Assembly: GCA_947626575.1 (NCBI GenBank)
Contig: CANQSR010000011.1
Location: 944 to 64,943 of the forward strand
Direction: 5' to 3'
DNA: 64,000 nt
Origin: an uncultured Clostridia bacterium
GTDB taxonomy: Bacteria; Bacillota; Clostridia; Christensenellales; Borkfalkiaceae
Shown here one piece after another: positions 60,946-64,000 of this stretch; positions within the stretch are counted from its first letter, which is position 1, and each line of letters begins with the position of its first letter. The notes beneath the pieces are model-generated. The model was not told where the DNA came from and did no database searches. It saw only the letters and a list, made by a program, of their open reading frames with translations. Both the position numbers and the translations under genes were made by a program.

Positions 60946-62736
60946 ATGAGTAAGGTAATCGGTATCGACTTAGGAACAACCAATTCGTGCGTGGCGGTGA
61001 TGGAAGGCGGCGAGCCTGTGGTCATCGCGAATGCGGAGGGCAGCCGCACGACCCCTTCCGTCGTCGCGTTCCAAAAGGACGGCTCCCGCGTCGTGGGGCA
61101 GGTCGCAAAGCGTCAGGCGGTCGCCAACCCCGATAAGACCGTCATCTCCATCAAACGCAAGATGGGGTCGGATTATAAAGTGAAGATCGACGAAAAATCC
61201 TATTCTCCGCAGGAGATCTCCGCCATGATCCTCTCCAAACTCAAACAGGACGCGGAGGCCTATCTCGGCGGCAAAGTGACGGACGCCGTCATCACCTGCC
61301 CCGCTTACTTCACCGACGCACAGCGGCAGGCCACCAAGGATGCGGGGAAAATTGCGGGCCTCAACGTGCTTCGTATCATCAACGAACCCACGGCGGCTGC
61401 GCTCTCTTACGGCCTCGATAAGGAGAAGGAAAACAGCAAGGTCATGATCTATGACCTCGGCGGCGGCACCTTCGATGTCTCCATCCTTGAAATCTCCGAC
61501 GGTGTGTTCGAAGTCCTCGCGACCAACGGCAACAATATGCTCGGCGGCGACGATTTCGATAAGCGGCTCATGGATTACATGGTGGATGAATTCAAGAAGA
61601 GCCACGGCGTGGACCTCTCCAAGGACAAGATGGCCATGCAACGCCTCAAAGAGGCGGCGGAGAAGGCCAAGATCGAACTCTCCGGCATGAACCAGACCTC
61701 CGTCTCCCTTCCCTTCATCTCCATGACGGACGCGGGTCCCGCGCACCTCGAACTTGATATCACGCGCCAGAAATTCGAAGCGCTGATTTCCGACCTCATC
61801 GAAAAGACGGCCGAACCCATGCGTCTCGCCATGAAGGACGCCGGCCTCTCCTATAACGACATCGATAAAGTCATCCTCGTGGGCGGCTCGACGCGCGTTC
61901 CCGCCGTCGTTGCCAAGGTCAAAGAGATCACGGGCAAGGAGCCGTTCAAGGGGATCAATCCCGATGAGTGCGTCGCCATCGGCGCGGCTATCCAGGGCGG
62001 CGTTCTGACGGGCGAAGTCAAGGACGTCCTTCTTCTCGACGTCATGCCGCTCTCGCTCGGCATCGAGACGCTCGGCGGCGTGTTTACCCGCCTCATCGAC
62101 CGGAATACGACCATCCCCGTCAAGAAATCGCAGGTATTCTCCACGGCGGCGGATAACCAGACGAGCGTGGAGATCCACATCTTGCAGGGCGAACGCGAGT
62201 TCTGCCGCGATAACAAGACGATGGGCCGCTTCATGCTGACGGGCATTGCGCCCGCGCCCCGCGGCATCCCGCAGATCGAAGTCACATTCGACGTCGATGC
62301 CAACGGCATCGTCCACGTCGAGGCGAAAGACCTCGGCACGGGCAAGTCCACGGATATCACCATCACGTCGTCCACCAACCTCTCGGAGGATGAGATCAAC
62401 AAGGCGGTGAAGGATGCGGAGCAGTACGCCGAAGAGGATAAGAAGCGCAAGGCCAAGGTAGATGCGAAGAACAAGCTCGACGGCCTCATCTTCTCCGTGG
62501 AGCAGACCATCAAGGACAGCGAGGGCAAGCTCTCCGATGAGGACAAGGCGACCTTGCAGTCGGCGGTCGACGAGGCCAAGAAAGACCTCGAAGCGGACGA
62601 CGAGGAGAAGTATAACGCGGCGTTCGAAGAACTTTCGAAGAAGATCCAGCCCGTAATCGCCAAGCTGTACCAGCAGAATGCGGGCGCGCAGGGCGGCGAA
62701 GATCCCAACGCCGGCGGCGACGAATTCCATCAGTAA
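60946..62736 (+). CDS. dnaK: Molecular chaperone DnaK (Hsp70)
   Basis: 596 aa with [23 protein letters not shown] and [13 protein letters not shown]. Confidence 0.97.
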   Translation: MSKVIGIDLGTTNSCVAVMEGGEPVVIANAEGSRTTPSVVAFQKDGSRVVGQVAKRQAVANPDKTVISIKRKMGSDYKVKIDEKSYSPQEISAMILSKLKQDAEAYLGGKVTDAVITCPAYFTDAQRQATKDAGKIAGLNVLRIINEPTAAALSYGLDKEKENSKVMIYDLGGGTFDVSILEISDGVFEVLATNGNNMLGGDDFDKRLMDYMVDEFKKSHGVDLSKDKMAMQRLKEAAEKAKIELSGMNQTSVSLPFISMTDAGPAHLELDITRQKFEALISDLIEKTAEPMRLAMKDAGLSYNDIDKVILVGGSTRVPAVVAKVKEITGKEPFKGINPDECVAIGAAIQGGVLTGEVKDVLLLDVMPLSLGIETLGGVFTRLIDRNTTIPVKKSQVFSTAADNQTSVEIHILQGEREFCRDNKTMGRFMLTGIAPAPRGIPQIEVTFDVDANGIVHVEAKDLGTGKSTDITITSSTNLSEDEINKAVKDAEQYAEEDKKRKAKVDAKNKLDGLIFSVEQTIKDSEGKLSDEDKATLQSAVDEAKKDLEADDEEKYNAAFEELSKKIQPVIAKLYQQNAGAQGGEDPNAGGDEFHQ

Positions 62737-62739
62737 AGG

Positions 62740-63330
62740 TTTCGCGCGATTTCTTTTCTGCGAAAATAAATCCGCGCGAGGGAAATGTGCGTTGACGCCT
62801 TAATGGGCTTATCCTCTCATCCGTTCCAGCGGACAAGAAGCGCTTGACGCGCAAATTGAGGGCGAAAACCAAAATTGTGATTTTGGTTATTCGCAGAAAA
62901 TCAGAACGTTCACGAAATTTGTTTGGGCAACCTCATGCCTCCCCCCTTTTACCAGAGGGGGGAGGGTAGGGTAGGGGGTGTACATCAACGAACCCCAAAC
63001 AAATTTCCGTGAGGGAAATGTGCGTTGATGCCTTAACATGCGTTATCCTCTCATACATTCCAACGGACAAGAAGCAGGCAGGGTTCTGCAAATTGGGTCG
63101 CCCACGCCCGAAGTAAATTCGGGCTAAGGCAAGTAATTGGAAGCCCTACCCCCAACGGGGGGGAGGGTGGCACGAGCAACGCGAGTGACGGATGGGGGGT
63201 AAAACTAACTCCGTCCCCCCACCACCGCCCTGCGGGCGGAGCCTCCCCCCCAAGGGGTAGGCCTTCGCGCTTTTCAAGCAAAAAAGTAAAATCGTATCAC
63301 GGAAATTTGTTTTCCAAAACAAATTTCGTG
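62740..63330. repeat. Mosaic repeat block between dnaK and dnaJ
   Basis: It contains M3(-) at about 62815-62890, M4(-) at 62911-63011, M14(-) at about 63060-63140, an M6-like unit at about 63150-63200, M10 at about 63205-63265, and an empty TIR hairpin at 63298-63330. Confidence 0.85.
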
Positions 63331-63339
63331 AGGTAATCT

Positions 63340-64000
63340 ATGGCTGAAAAAAAGAACTATTACGAGATTCTCGGCGTCAAGAAGGACGCTTCCGATGAGG
63401 AGATCAAGGCGGCTTATAAAAAGCTCGTCAAGATGTACCACCCCGATTTGCATCCGAACGATCCGCTCGCCGCGGAAAAGTTCAAGGAGATCAACGAGGC
63501 CAACGAGGTACTCTCCGATAAGCAGAAGCGTGCGGCGTACGATTATGAACAGGAGCATCCGGGCATGGGCGGTCCCGGCGGCATGGGCGGCTTCGGCGGC
63601 TTTGGCGGGTTCGGCGATATCTTCGATTCCATCTTCCAAGGCTTCGGCGGCGGCGCATCCGTGCAGCGCGATACCACGGGCGAGGATATCCGTTATACGA
63701 TGAACATCTCCTTTATGGACGCCGCCAAGGGCTGCCATAAGGAGTTTACTTATATGCGCAACGAGCCGTGCCGCGATTGCCGCGGGACGGGCGCGAAAAA
63801 CGGCACCGCCTTCAAGACGTGCGCAAAGTGCGGCGGGAAGGGGCAGGTACGCTTTACGCAGGAGACCATGTTCGGCAGGACCGTCCGCGTGGGGGCATGT
63901 CCCGATTGCGGCGGCCGCGGCAAGATCGTGACGGATAAATGCCCCGCCTGCAAGGGCAAGGGCTATCTTCGCCGCGAGACGACGGTCTCCTTCGATATCC
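63340..64000 (+). CDS. dnaJ: Molecular chaperone DnaJ (5' part, runs off the window)
   Basis: Not in the ORF track because it is open-ended. Hand translation gives [37 protein letters not shown] (J domain with HPD), a G/F region, and CxxCxGxG zinc-finger repeats ([32 protein letters not shown]). Confidence 0.93.
   Translation, partial: MAEKKNYYEILGVKKDASDEEIKAAYKKLVKMYHPDLHPNDPLAAEKFKEINEANEVLSDKQKRAAYDYEQEHPGMGGPGGMGGFGGFGGFGDIFDSIFQGFGGGASVQRDTTGEDIRYTMNISFMDAAKGCHKEFTYMRNEPCRDCRGTGAKNGTAFKTCAKCGGKGQVRFTQETMFGRTVRVGACPDCGGRGKIVTDKCPACKGKGYLRRETTVSFDI

Overview
High-GC (about 60% by eye) chromosomal segment from a Firmicutes/Clostridia-like spore-former, judged from spoVT, yyaC and the jag-yidC-yidD-rnpA-rpmH and gyrB/gyrA blocks. 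It spans the probable replication origin. I call 49 CDS, almost all housekeeping. The minus-strand block left of about 16.7 kb holds a lipoprotein, a GNAT protein, parB, soj, ftsH, cvpA, jag, yidC, yidD, rnpA, rpmH (not in the ORF track) and dnaN. The plus-strand block to the right holds rsmG, pck, hppA, cysE-cysS, alaS, rplM-rpsI, comFC, spoVT, a MOP flippase, mazG/yabN, dus, gyrB, gyrA and grpE-dnaK-dnaJ. I found no rRNA, tRNA, CRISPR array, transposase, integrase or recognisable defence system.

The main findings are:
1. Nearly every intergenic space, roughly 12 kb or about a fifth of the window by my hand tally, is filled by a combinatorial mosaic of at least 15 recurrent sequence modules (named M1-M15 here). 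Many are hairpin- or TIR-structured. Evidence for mobility includes a 54-bp module precisely inserted at CGTT^CGG in two different host modules, 100-bp TIR-bounded elements alongside empty TIR hairpins, and a perfect 101-bp tandem duplication. The blocks split normally compact operons (gyrB|gyrA, grpE|dnaK|dnaJ, yidD|yidC).
2. An oriC-like DnaA-box cluster with an AT-rich tract sits exactly at the strand-bias switch between dnaN and rsmG. No dnaA is next to it. A second DnaA-box cluster plus a perfect parS lies 8 kb away, and the Soj/ParA has lost three ATPase-switch residues.
3. A low-GC XRE + lipoprotein islet is bracketed by a duplicated pck 3' end plus terminator, and a low-GC DUF559 nuclease gene is wedged between gyrB and gyrA.

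All long ORFs antisense to these genes, and the ORFs inside repeat blocks, are rejected as non-coding. All functional interpretation of the repeats is inference. No searches or computations could be run.
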